Source: Mobula hypostoma
Taxonomy: Eukaryota
Length of the DNA stretch: 64,000 nucleotides
Assembly: GCF_963921235.1 (NCBI RefSeq)
Contig: NC_086097.1
Location: forward strand, 153,018,001 to 153,082,000
Direction: 5' to 3'
Part shown: one piece after another, positions 10,205-22,365 of the stretch
How positions within the stretch are numbered: the stretch's first letter is position 1
Layout of the letters: each line of letters opens with the position of its first letter
Translations under genes and position numbers: made by a program
Notes under the pieces: generated by a model
The model's input: only the letters and a program-made list of their open reading frames with translations
The model's database searches: none
Told to the model about the DNA's origin: nothing

Positions 10205-13200
10205 TAAGAGCTACAGGAAGGTAATCACACCTAAGCTGTAGGAGCCACGAGCTAGGTGACTGTTCGGAGAGGGAAAGGAAGTAGGAGGCCAGTGCAGAGT
10301 GCACCTGTGATTGTTCCCCTCAATAATAACTATATCAATTTGGATACCGTTGGGGGGAGGGAAAGCTACATTGACCAGGTCTCCGGCACTGAGTCTGGCA
10401 ATGTGGTCCAGAAGAGAAGGGGGAGAAGAGCAGTTGCAGTAGTGATAGGAAATACCATAATGAGATGAACAGAAAGCTAATTCTATGGACCTGAAAGAGA
10501 CACACAGATGGTATATTGCCTCCAAGGTGCCAGGATCAGGGACGTTTCAGATGGGTCAATGGAATTCTGAAAGGTGAACAGCTGGAAGTCATGGTGCATA
10601 TTGGTACCATAGATACAGGTAGGAAAAGGGAGAAGATCCTGAAGAGAGAATACAGGGAGTTAGGAGGAAAGCTGGAAAGCAAGAACTCCGGGATAGTAAT
10701 CTCTGGATTGCTGCCTGTGTCATGTGCCTGGGAAGGTAAGAACAGGATGATTTGGCAGATGAATGTGTTGCTGAAGAAATGGTGCATGGGACAGGGTTTC
10801 AGATTTCTGGATCATCGGGATCTCTTATGGGGAAGGTACTGCCTGTAATAAAAAGGATGGGTTGCACCTGAAGCCAAGGGGGATCAATTTACCTGCAGGC
10901 AAGTGTGCTAGAGCTGTTGGGGAGGGTTTAAATTAATTTGGCAGAGGTACAGGAGCCAGAATGATAGGACTGAGGAAGAAACAGCTGGTATACAAGTAGA
11001 TACAGTGCGGTGAGACTGTGAGGAAAGACAGGCAGATGATAGAGTTAAATTGCAGTCAGTGGGATGACTTAAAGGGTAACAGGAGGACAAAATCAAAAAT
11101 GGCAATGAATAAAGGACTAAAGGTGTTATGGTTGAATGCAGACAGTATACGCAATAAGGTAGATGATCTTCTAGCGCAGTTAGAAATTGGCAGGTATGAT
11201 GTTGTGGTCAACACTGAGTCATAGTTGAGAGAAGATTATAACTGAGAGCAACACACATAAAAGTTGTTGGTGAATGCAGCAGGCCAGGCAGCATCTCTAG
11301 GAAGAGGTACAAGACCCCGAAACGTCGACTGTACCTCTTCCTAGAGATGCTGCCTGGCCTGCTACGTTCACCAGCAACTTTTATGTGTGTTGCTTGAAAT
11401 TCCAGCATCTGCAGATTTCCTCGTGTTTGCGTTATAATTGAGAGATTAACATCCAAACATACACATTGTGTCAAAAGGACCGACAAGCAGGTAAAGGGAG
11501 TGATGTGGCCCTTTTGGTAGAAAATGAAATGAAATCTGTAGAAATACGTAACATAGGATCAAAAGGTGTAGAATCCCTATAGATAGAGTCAAGAAAGTGC
11601 AAGGATAAAAAGACCCTGATGGAAGTTATAGACAGGTCTCCAAACGGTAGCCAGGATATGGACTGCAAATTATAACAGGAAACAGAAAAGGCATGTAAGG
11701 AGGGTAGTGTTATGATAGTCATGGGGGATTTCAATGTGTAGGTAGTTTGGGAAAATCAGGTTGGTGCTAGATCCCAAGAAAGGGGATTTACAGAATGCTT
11801 ATGAGATGACTTTTTAGAGCAACTTATGCTTGAGCCTGCCAGGGGAACAGCAATTCTGGATTAGATGTTATGTAATGACCCAGATTTGATTAAGGAGCCT
11901 GAGGCAGTGATCATAATATGATGGAATTCATCTTACAGTTTGAGAAAGAGAGGCTAAAATCAGATGTATCTGTATTACAGTGGAGTAAAGGGAATTACAG
12001 ATGCATGAGAGAAGAGCTAGTCAAAGTTGATTGGAAGGGAACACTAGCAAGAATGAAAACAGAGCAGCAATGGCTACAGTTGCTGGGGGATATTCAGCAG
12101 GCATAGGAAAGATGCACGCCAAGGATGAAGTATTCTAAAGGGAGTATGAGTCAACCGTAGCTGACAAGGGAAGTCAAAGACAGCATAAAAGCGAAAGAAA
12201 GGACATACCATACAATATAGCAAAAATTAGTGGGAAGATAGAGGATTATGAAACATTTAAAAACAAATAAAAGCAACTAAAAAGTATAGAGAGAAAAGGC
12301 AAAATATGAAGGTAAGCTAGCCAATAATATAAAAGAGGAAACAAAAAGTTTTCTCAGATATATAAAGTGTAAAAGAGAGATGAGAGTGGAAGTTAGACTA
12401 CTGAAAAATGATGCTGGAGAGGTAGAAGAGGGGGACAAAGAAATGGTGGACAAACTGAATAAGTATTTTGCATCAATCTTCACTGTGGAAAACAATAGTA
12501 GTGTGCCAGAAATTCAAGAGTACAGAGGACAGAAGTGAGTATCACTACTATTTCTAAGCAGAAGGTGCTTGGGAAGCTGAAAAATCTTAATAGATAAGAC
12601 ACCTAGACAAGTTGGACTACATCCCAGAGTTCTGAAAGAGGTTGTGGAGATATTAGTAATCATCTTTCAAGATTCACTAGATTATAGAATGGTTTCTGAG
12701 GACTGGAAAATTGCAAATACCTGTATCACTCAATCTTTAAGAAGGAAGTAAGGCAGAAGAAAGGAAATTATAGGCCAGTTAGCCTGACTTCAGTGGTCAG
12801 AAAGATGTTGGAGTCTATTATTTAAGATGAGGTTTCAGGGTACTTGGAGGCACATGATAAAATAAGCCAGAGTAAATAAGTTCTCTAAATGGGAAATTTT
12901 ACCTGACAAATTTGTTGAAATTATTTGAGGAAATAACAGGCAAGATCGATAAAGGAGAGTCAGTGGATATTATTTATTTGGATTTTCAGAAGGCCTTAGA
13001 CAAGGTGCCATACATGAGTTTTCAGTATTATATGAAGATGTGTGGAGAGGCAGGTAGTTTTGAGGAGGCAGGGTGTCTCAGCAGAAGGCCTTAGACAGAT
13101 TACAGGAATGGGCAAAAAAGGGACAGATTGAATAAAGTGTAGGGAAGTGAATGCTCAGGCACTTTGGCAAAAGGAATAAAGGCATGGACTATTTTCTAAA

Positions 13201-13293
13201 TGGAAAGAGAATTTAGAAAAAACCATAGAGGTGAAAGGAGACTTGGGAGTCCTCTTACAGGACTCCCTAAAGATTAACTTGCAGGTTGAGTTA
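10205..13293 (+). mobile_element. CR1 LINE, decayed (ORF1 SGNH esterase and ORF2 EN-RT), 3' end missing
   Basis: AVVIGNTIMR, VMVHIGT.D, VISGLLPV (ORF1). LNADSIRNKVDDL, MGDFN, WKIAN, YLDFQKALDKVP (ORF2). Confidence 0.9.
11247..11431. mobile_element. Palindromic PLE terminal-repeat insert inside the CR1
   Basis: 65-bp inverted arms at 11247-11311 and 11330-11394 (3 mismatches) around AGACCCCGAAACGTCGAC. TSD TTATAA(C/T)TGAGAG at 11236-11248 and 11432-11444. Confidence 0.85.
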
Positions 13294-13569
13294 TCCTTCT
13301 GGCAAGAACTCCATATTTTGCAATTTAAAAACATAACCTGCATCAGATCACCATCTTTAAAAGCATTCTGAATACACTTAATGACATGGGAGAGAAATTT
13401 TAAAAGAACTGTTACTCTAATTACAGTGATTCAAGAAAAATTCTACTCTTGTAATTGTGCAAAACAAATTGAATGGCAGTCTAAGAGCATAACTAAATCA
13501 GTGCAATTTAGAGATTACTCAGATGGTGACAAGTCTAATCACTCCTTTTCTATTAGCAAAAACATACCC

Positions 13570-13700
13570 ACTGGAAGAACTCAGCATGTTAAGAAGCATC
13601 TGTAGAGGTAAGTAGATTTTTTTTATTGGGACTGAAAGTGTAGAGGAGAGATAACCAGTTTACAGAGGTGAGGCAAGAGCTGATAACTGATAGGTGGAAG
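13570..13700 (-). mobile_element. Old PLE terminal-repeat remnant
   Basis: CTGGAAGAACTCAGCATGTTAAGAAGCATCTGTAGAG..GGACTGAAAG..TGATAGGTGGA resembles 47290-47460. Confidence 0.5.
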
Positions 13701-15547
13701 GTTGATTTTCCATTCCTTTTCTACATTGGTTTGGCTGAGGGAGGATATTCCATCTAGTGGTAAGTTGGCAGCTAATGAAACTCTTGTATACTAACTAAAA
13801 CAGAATCCAAATAACAAGAAATGTTTGGATTTGATTGGTTTCTGAATGGAAATGTAATATTCTACCACATGAGCGTTGAGCACTGATCCATCCTCTATTA
13901 AGTCATGATTTCCAATTTTCATTACTCTACTGCATATTAAAAAGGAAAAAAATGGACTTGTAGCCTTGGGGTAGAAATCCGCACACCATTTCACTACTTG
14001 TATTAGTTATACAAATTGCTTCAGGCCCGCTGTCCAGATTCTTTGATGTAGTTCCCAATTAAGCTGCATATCCAAAATGGTGACAGAAGGTTGTCCGTCA
14101 AGCACTTATGTGATGTACATAAATCAAATTGAAAATAAGCATTACAATTGTCTTCTGAATGTTTTAAAAAGGCAGCTGAAATAATAAAAGAATGGCTGAA
14201 GTTTACAATATGCTGATGATAATTCTAAGACATGAGATGCATTCTGAAAAAACACACCTGAAGTGTTACACTTAAGCAATATACGAAACGTAGGTGATGA
14301 TTGACATAAAAATGTTGGCACTTTTAGTAATTTTCATGGAGGAAGAAATATTGGCTAGCATTGGCAAGTTGTCTGAATTACTTCAACAAAATCCCATTAC
14401 AAAGTTCATCTGTTCTGTGGTCTATGGGGAAGCTTCTCTCTGCAAGGTTACTCATAGAAATATTGTCATTTTGTTCAATGTTTCTACTTGCTAAAGTTGC
14501 ACTAAAACTCAGTTTAGTTAGCGTAATAATTATTACAAAATTATCCCTTAACCTTAGTCAGAGACAGAGAGGATTGTACTCATTTTCAAATCAAAATAAC
14601 CTTCAAAATTTTATCATGTTAAAAAGGAACGTGTAAATAGACCTGAGGTTGAGTTACACTATGGAATTTCAGTCCAGTCATGTCACTGAGCTATATCAGT
14701 GGAACGAATGTTTTCAGCATTGAAGAATGGATTGATAAATAGATAGCTTAGAATTTTTGTTGAGTGATTTTTGAGGCCTGAGAGAAATTTCCGTTCTCTT
14801 ATTATATGCCTTATCTCTGGTTATTTACTTCCAATGGGGAGTTAATTAGCATAGGCTGATACATTACAATAACTGATTAGGAGAAAAGAGCTTGAAGAAT
14901 TGATGATTTTTCTTACTTATTGAATGCTTAACACCTTTGTTTTATACATTCACCTTTCTCCCTGGCACTATGCTGAAATCAAAAATCATGATATTGCCGT
15001 CAACTCCAAAGCATTTGTTGTGAAAATTTACAGTTTGAAGAGCTCCCAGGTTTCCTTTCCTTCTTCAACATACCGTATAAGCAAGTCTTCACCTAAGGTT
15101 ATTTTTTGATTTATCTCTTCTTATCCCGCACTCCTTGTAATTTGCTTTCTTTCATGTTATTCACTTTACTTTTGCAATTTAAAAAAATCTCATACAAATA
15201 AAACCTGTTTCAAGACGAGAACTATTGATTCATCTGCAATTTCTCATGTAAGGAATACATTTGCCTGCTGGTAGATCACTACCTGGCACAGTACTACAAC
15301 TGTATCTTCTAGCAATCCCACATACAAACACCTGATGCACCAGACAAAAGCTTAACATGAGTCTATGGTGTATTTCATTATGTTCAGTATGGTATGATCA
15401 CAGCAATAATTAATGTACATGACATAGGTGGTCTCATGTGAAGGAGCAAAACCAATGTTAAATACCAGTGGATTTACTACTCTAGGGAGCCCTATACAGA
15501 ATTAATGAGCCTATTGACCTCTTTCTCTCCAAAGTGACCATAATGAC

Positions 15548-15862
15548 GTTAACTCAACTTCACATGCAAAATCATTAAAATGTTCCCACAACTTATGGAC
15601 TCTCTTTTAAGGACTCTTCATCTCATGCTCTTGATAATTACTTGCTTTTTAATTTATATATTTATAATTTATTTTTGTATTTGCTGTTTGTTGTGTTCTG
15701 TACACTGGTTGAATGTCCAATTTGGCGTGGTCCTTCATTAATTCTGTTATGGTCAGTATTCTATTGTGGTTTTATTGAATATGCCCACAAGAAAATGAAT
15801 CCCAATGTTGTATATTGTGACATATATGTACTTTGATAATAAGTTTACTTTTGAACTTGAAT
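15548..15862 (+). mobile_element. Rex-type LINE 3' UTR
   Basis: Homologous to 1935-2170 and 25540-25846. Ends GATAATAAGTTTACTTTTGAACTTGAA. Confidence 0.8.
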
Positions 15863-16215
15863 TAGAGTCATAGAATTAGGCCCTTCAGCCCAACATTTCT
15901 ATGCCAATGGAGTTGCCTACCTGAGCTCATCCCCTTTGACTGTGACTGGCCCATGTCCCTCTAAATCTCTCCAATACATGTTGCTATCAAGAGTAGTACG
16001 CACAGAATGCCGGAGAAACTCAGCAGGTCAGGCAGTATCCATGGAGAGAAATAGTGTCGAGCTTTCAGGATGAGACCCTTCATCAGGACTGGAAAGGACA
16101 GGAGAAAATGGCTTTTAAACATTGTAACTATACCCGCCTCTACCACCTTCTCTATGTGCAGTTTGTTGCTTTTGCACACTGGTTGAATTGCCTAAGGTGG
16201 CAGCTGGTTCCAATA
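15863..16215 (-). mobile_element. CR1 3' end fragment, interrupted by a PLE insert
   Basis: CATAGAATTAGGCCCTTCAGCCCAAC tail. Minus-strand KVVEAGIVTMFKSH peptide. Confidence 0.7.
15993..16105 (-). mobile_element. PLE terminal repeat with degenerate hammerhead
   Basis: Minus strand reads CCAGTC-CTGATGA-A-GGGTCTCATCCT-GAAAGCTC-GACAC. Confidence 0.75.
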
Positions 16216-18505
16216 CGGTTAATCCATTAACATCACCTTTGACCACAAGACATGGGAGCAGCCTTAGAGCACATCGAGTCAGCTCCACCATTACATCATG
16301 ACTGATTTATCATTCGTCTCAACTCCATTCTCCTGCCTCCTCACCGTAACCTTTGATGTCCTTATTAAGCAAGTATCTATCCACCTCAGCTTTAAATATA
16401 CCCAATGGCTTGGCCCCCATGGTTGTCTGTGGCAAAGAATTCCACAGATTCACTGTCTTCAGGCTAAAGAAATTTCATCTTATCTCTGTTCTCAATAGTG
16501 CCCCTAGTTTATAAGGCTGTGTCTTCTGGTCTTAGATTCCTGAACTATAGGAAGCATCCTCTCTGCACCATTCTGTCTGGGCCTTTCAATGTTATACAGG
16601 TTTCAATGAAATCTCCACTCGTTCTTCTAAACTCGAGCAAGTACAGGCTCAGCTACTCATGCATTAACCCATTCATTCCCAGAATAATTTTTGTGAACCT
16701 CCTCTAGACCTTCTCCACTGTTGGAACATCTTTTCTTAGATAAGGGGCCCAAAACAGCTGACAATACTTCAAGGGAGGTCTGACCTAATCCTCCCAAAAT
16801 GAATGCTAGCATCGCACTTGCCTTCCTTACCACCGATTCAACTTGCAAGTTAACCTTCAGGGAATTCTGTATAAGGAAACATAAGTCCATTTACACCTCT
16901 AATTTTTGAATCTTCTCCCTGTTTGGAAAATAGTCTATCCATTTATTCCTTCTACCACAGTGCATGATTATGCACTTCCCTGCACTATATTCCATCTGCC
17001 ACGGCTTGCCCATTGTCTCAATCTGTTTAAATCCTTCTAGAGACTTCCTGCTTCCACAACACAACCTGCCCATCCACCTATCTTTTTATTGCCCACACAC
17101 TTGGTCACAAAGTTGTTAATTCTGTCATCCAGATCATTGACATATGACATGAAAAGAAGCGGTCCCAACACTGACACCTGCGGAACACCACTAGTCGCCA
17201 GCAGCCAACCAGAAAAGGTCCCCTTTACTCTCACTCTTTGCTTCTTGCCAGTCAACTAATGTTCTATCCATGCTAGAATCTTCCTGCAGTATCATGGACT
17301 CTTGTCTTGTTAAGTAGCCTCATGTCTGGCACCTTGTCAAAGGCTTTCTGAAAATCCAAGTATACAACATCCACTGACTCTCCTTTGTCTATCCTGCTTG
17401 TTATTTTGTCTGAGAAATCCAACAGCTTTGTCAGGCAAGATTTCCTCTTAAGGAAATTATGCTGACTTTGGCCTATTTTATCATGTGCCTCCAAGTACCC
17501 TCAAACCTCATCCTTAATAATAGACTCCAACATTTTCCTGATCATGGATGTCAGGCTAATTAGTGTATAATTTTCTTTCTTTTGCCTCCCTCCCTTCTTA
17601 AAAAATGGAGTGACATTTGCAATCTTCCAATAATCTGGAACCTTTCTGGAATCTAGTGATCCTTGAAAGATTATTACTAATGCCTCCATAATTTCTTCAG
17701 TTACCTATTTCAGAACACTGGGGTGTAGTTCAGCTAGTCTTGGTGATTTATTTACCTTCAGACTTTTCAGCTTCCCAAGCATCCTTTCCCTTGAAATAGC
17801 AACTGCACTTATTTCTACCCACTGAAAACACTTGAATTTCTGGCAGACTGCTTGTGTCTTCCACAGTGAAGACTGATGCAAAATACTTATTAAGTTTGTC
17901 CCCCCCCGCCTTTTTTTGGGTCTCTTACCTCTCCAGCATCATTTTCCAGCAGTCCAATATCCACTCTCACTTCTCTTTTACTCTTTATATATCTGAAGAA
18001 ACTTCTTGTATCCTCTTTAATATTATTGGCTAGCTTGCCTTGATATTTCATCTTTTCTCTCTTTATGGCTTTTTAGTTGCCTTGTGTTTGTTTTAAAAGC
18101 TTCCCAATCCTCTACCTTCTCACAAATTTTTGCTATATGTCCTCACTTTTCCTTTAAAGCTGTTTTTGAATTCCTGTATCAGACATGGTTGTATCATCCT
18201 CCCTTTCGAATAATTCTTCGTCTATCTGGTGCCTTTTATATTGTTCTCAGAATCTCCAGCCACTGCTGTTCTGCCATTATCCCTGGTATTGTCCCCTTCC
18301 AATCAACTTTGGCAAACTCATTTCTCATGCCTCTGTAATTCCCTATAATACTTCTACATCTGACTTTATCTTCTCCCTCTCAAACTGAAAGGTAAATTAT
18401 ATCATATTATGATCATCACCTCCTAAGAGTTCCTTTATCTTAAGTTCACTCATCAAATCTGGTTCATTACGCAACACCCAGTCCAGAATAGCTGATCCCC
18501 TAGTG

Positions 18506-19722
18506 CAGGGGTCCCCAACCTTTATTGCACTGCGGACCGGTTTAATATTGACAATATTCTTGCGGACCTGCCGAGCCGGGGTGGGGGGGGGGGCGCGGGT
18601 ATGGTTGCCAACAGACAAGAGGAGCAGTCAAATACATTGTGTTTACCCCAAGAAAGACTACAGTGACCATGAAGCCTTGCGCGGGCACCAGTGCGCATGC
18701 GTGTACGTGCCAATTTTTTTCTCTACAAATTGTTTTTGGCGATTCTGTTCAGGGGTCAGGGTTCGGGGGTGGGGTGTTAATCACAACTGGAATATAGGTA
18801 ATAAGTGGCTAATACACTCAATTTCATTTCTAAAAGTGTTTATCTAATGAATTTAATATTAAACACACAGCACATATTTTCCTCGCATGAGTACAGTGAT
18901 AAGTCAATTATCAGGGGAGGACAGGGGAGCTTGAAGTAAGTGTTGAACGAACTTCCAGTAGAACTGTTACAGACAGGTTCGATATTATCATTTAAAGAAA
19001 AACCGGATAGGTATATGGGCAGGAAAGGAATAGAGGGTTATGAGCTGAGTGCAGGTCGGTGGGACTAGATGAGAGTAGCGTTCGGCATGGACTAGAAGGG
19101 CAGAGATGGCCTGTTTCTGTGCTGTAATTGTTATATGGTTATATAAGTCACTTAAAAGTCAATAGCATCATAACATTTGAAGTAATGTTTGGATATTAAA
19201 CACACAGCACATATTTTCCCCGTATGAACATATAAAATCATTGCAACACACCAATATCGCTGAATCAGTGGGAGCCCTGGGCTTGTTTCCCTGCAACAAG
19301 ACGGTCCTATCGAGGGGTGATGGGAGACAGCGATACCCGAACAGGGCTCCTTATGTCCAGTCTATTCCGCAATTTAGTTTTTGTTGCATTCATTGCAGAA
19401 GTATGTTGGAAATGGAAGCAACATGTTCAGTGCTTTCATGGCTATCTCAGGATATTCAGCCTTGACTTTGATCCAGAATGCCGGCAGAGATGTTATGTCA
19501 AACATACTTTTCAGCCCGCCGTCATTTGCAAGCTCGAGGAGTTGATCTCCTTCCCGCGCGTGTAATGACCTCGCATGCATTCAAGCTCCAGAGTGGCCAT
19601 GACTGGGACTGAGGAAATGTGCAGTTGACTCATATCGCCAAATCATATCATTTCCTCGCAGCCCGGTAGCTCATGCTTTGTGGCCTGGTACCGGCTCGCA
19701 GCCCGGTGGTTGGGGACCACTG
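18506..19722 (-). mobile_element. hAT (Charlie/Buster-type) non-autonomous DNA transposon
   Basis: 15-bp TIRs CAGGGGTCCCCAACC and GGTTGGGGACCACTG (1 mismatch). 8-bp TSD CCCTAGTG (18498-18505, 19723-19730) with central TA. Transposase C-terminal remnant DQLLELANDGGLKSMF..LPAFWIKVKAEYPEIA..LLPFPT. Confidence 0.93.
18945..19145 (+). mobile_element. CR1 3' tail embedded in the hAT element
   Basis: GGATAGGTATATGG..GAGGGTTATG..GGCATGGACTAGAAGGGCAGAGATGGCCTGTTTCTGTGCTGTA, the CR1 terminal pattern. Confidence 0.75.
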
Positions 19723-21117
19723 CCCTAGTGGGCTCAACCACAAGTTGCCCTAAAATGCTACCTTGTAGGCATTCTACTAGTTCCATCTCTTGGGATCCAG
19801 CACTAGCCTATTTTTTCTAATATACCTGCATATTGAAACCCCCACATGACAATCGTTACATTGCCCATTTTAGACGCCTTTTCTATTTCCCATAGAAATG
19901 TATATCCCACATCCTGGATACTCTTTAAGATAATGATTATTTAAGATCAAGATAATGGCCACCATTATCTTAATTCCATCAGGGACTTTTTGTCATTGCT
20001 GTTTCTTAAGACTACCCAGAAGATTTTATATCTTCTGATCCTATGACACCTCTTTCTAATGATTTGGTTTTGTTTCTTACAAACAGAGCCAACTCAAATT
20101 CTCTGCTTATTTGCCTGTCTTTTTGATACGATGTGTATCTTTGGATTTTAAGGACCCAACTATGATCTTCTTTCAGCCACGACTCAGTGACGCCCACAAT
20201 GTCATACCTGCCAATCTCTTCCTGCACTACAAGATCATCTACCTTATTTTGTATACTACGTGCAGTCAAATAAAATACTTTCAGTCCTGTGTTCATCATC
20301 CTTTTTATTTGGCTCCCATATTACTGGTCAACTCATTCCACTGACCTCAATTTTGACCTGTCCTCTGCCTGTCTTTCTTCATAGTCTCACTACACACTGT
20401 ATCTAGTTGGACACCAACAGACCGATCCTCAGACCTATCATTCTGGTTCCCTTCTCCATCTCCCTACCAAATTAGTAGAAATACTCCCCAACAGCTCTAG
20501 TAAACCTGCCCACAAGGATATTGGTCCCTCTTAGGTTCAGGTGTAACCTGTCCTTTTTATACAGATCATATCTTCCCCACAAGAGATAACAATGATTCAG
20601 AAATCTGAAACCCTGCCCCTGACCAATTCCTCTGCCTCAAGTTCATCTGACAAATCATCCTATGCTTGCCATCACTGTTGTTTGGCACAGCCAGCAATCC
20701 AGAGGTTACTAACCTGGAGGTCCTGCTTTTCAGTTTTCTATCTAACACCCTATTTTCTCTCTTCAGGACCTCCTTCCTCCCTTTTCCTACTTATGTCATT
20801 GATACTAATATGTACCATGACTTCCGGCTGCTTATCCTCCCTCTTTGGAATACTGTGGGCCCAATCCGAGACATCCTTGATCCTAGCATCTCCAAGGCAA
20901 CATACTATCCTGTTATCTCTTTCACATCTACAGAATCTCCTTTTTGATCCTCTGACTATGGAATCCCTTATCACTACTGCACTCCTCTTTCCCCTCCTCC
21001 TGTCTTTTGTGCCAGTAAAGCCAGACTCAGTGCCAGAGACCTTTGAAACCCAGTGGCTCTGAATTTGCTGGGTAACAGACACCTAACTCTGACAGATGAA
21101 CGTTCTGAAACGTTAAA

Positions 21118-21405
21118 ATGGCGGTGCAGTAGTATAGCGATTAGTAGTCTAACACTGATCACTGATTGGAGTTCCTCTCATGCCACTGTCTGCAAGGATT
21201 TTCCATATTCTCCCCATGACTATGTGGGTTTCCACTGGGTGCTCCAATTTCTTCCCATGTTCCAAAGATGTACGGTTAGGGTTAGGGTTGCTGAGTAGTT
21301 GGTATTGGAAGCATAGCAAAATTCCTTGCTGAATTGATATGGTGCAAGAGATTAATTTCACTATATGTTTTGCTGTTCGTGTGACAAATAAAACAAACCT
21401 ATCTT
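21118..21405 (+). mobile_element. V-SINE with Rex-like tail
   Basis: tRNA-like head, V-core TTCTCCCCATGACTATGTGGGTTTCCACTGGGTGCTCCAATTTCTTCCCATGTTCCAAAGA, tail GTGACAAATAAAAC. Related copy at 60740-61050. Confidence 0.75.
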
Positions 21406-21611
21406 ACTTTCTTTATAAATAGAACCCAGGCAGATCTTCTGACAAGTAAGATAATGGGTGAAAGAAGAATAAAAAATCCTCTCAAGTGATTCAGCTTGAA
21501 TGGCAGATGTTCTACTCTCAAAGAAATACAAGTAGACAACACTTGACTTTCACTGCTTTCAAACCTCATGTGAAACTGTGCCATGTCAACTAATTCAAGT
21601 GACATCAATAT

Positions 21612-22365
21612 ATGAAAATATGGATTGGGAGCAAGAATACACTCTCAGCCTTACTCCACCATCCAATAAGATTATATTCCAAGCTCAACCTTTTCTTTCC
21701 ATTTGCCCCAGTATCAATTCACCCTTTAGAGCTTCTCAATAATCTATTGCCCCCCGCTTTGAAAAAAATATTTAAACTCTTTCATCGAGCTTTGAAGGAG
21801 AGAGTTCCAAAGATTCAGAGCCCTCAGAGAGAAAACACTGTCTCAGCTCCATCTTAAGTGGGCAATACGTTATATTAAACAGATAGGGACCACTTTGTCA
21901 AGCACCTTCACTCTCTCTGCCGCAACAGGCAGGAACTCCAAGTGGCCACCCATTTCAATTCACCTTCTCTGTGGCCCTTCATCAGGATAGGTCGTGATGA
22001 AGAGTCATGGCCCAAAGCTTAAAAGGTTTATTCACCTCTATAGATGCTGCTTGATCTACTGAGATCCTTCAGTATTTTGTGTGTGTGACTTAAAGGATGA
22101 GTACTCACTTTGTTTAAATATACTGTATGTGGTAACTCCTTTTTTTCCTGTTTTATGCTTTTAGCTAGCTTTCTCTAGTACTCTAATCTTTTCATTATTC
22201 TTTGCCACATTTCAAATTCTGTTTCATCATATGACCTACCACTTATCTTTATGCAATTATGTGCTTCTTTTAAAAAAAAACTTAGATACTATCTTTAACT
22301 GTTTTTTGATTCACTACAGATGGTGCATCTTCCTCTGGAATTTTTCTTTCCTGTTAGAATATATC
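21612..22365 (-). mobile_element. Old CR1 fragments (3' end plus internal piece) flanking a PLE fragment
   Basis: GAGAGTTCCAAAGATTC..CCTCAGAGAGAAAA and the internal TTTTAGCTAGCTTTCTCT pattern match the other minus-strand CR1 copies. Confidence 0.55.
21882..22090 (+). mobile_element. PLE fragment: GIY-YIG endonuclease piece plus terminal repeat
   Basis: IGDHFVKHLHSLCRNRQELQVATHFNS, homologous to 47650-47848. Followed by a decayed hammerhead GTCGTGATGAAGAGTCATGGCCCAAAG and ATAGATGCTGC..GTGTGTG. Confidence 0.75.

Larger units (their letters stand above)
16243..21085 (-). mobile_element. CR1 LINE, near full length, decayed, hosting a hAT insertion
   Basis: Minus-strand ORF pieces: SAVVIRDSIVRG..VHISINDI (ORF1), [52 protein letters not shown]1 tail at about 16245-16300. 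Confidence 0.93.

Noticed and set aside
21274..21289. (TTAGGG)-like interstitial telomere
   Set aside because: Only about 2.5 units, lying within a V-SINE body.
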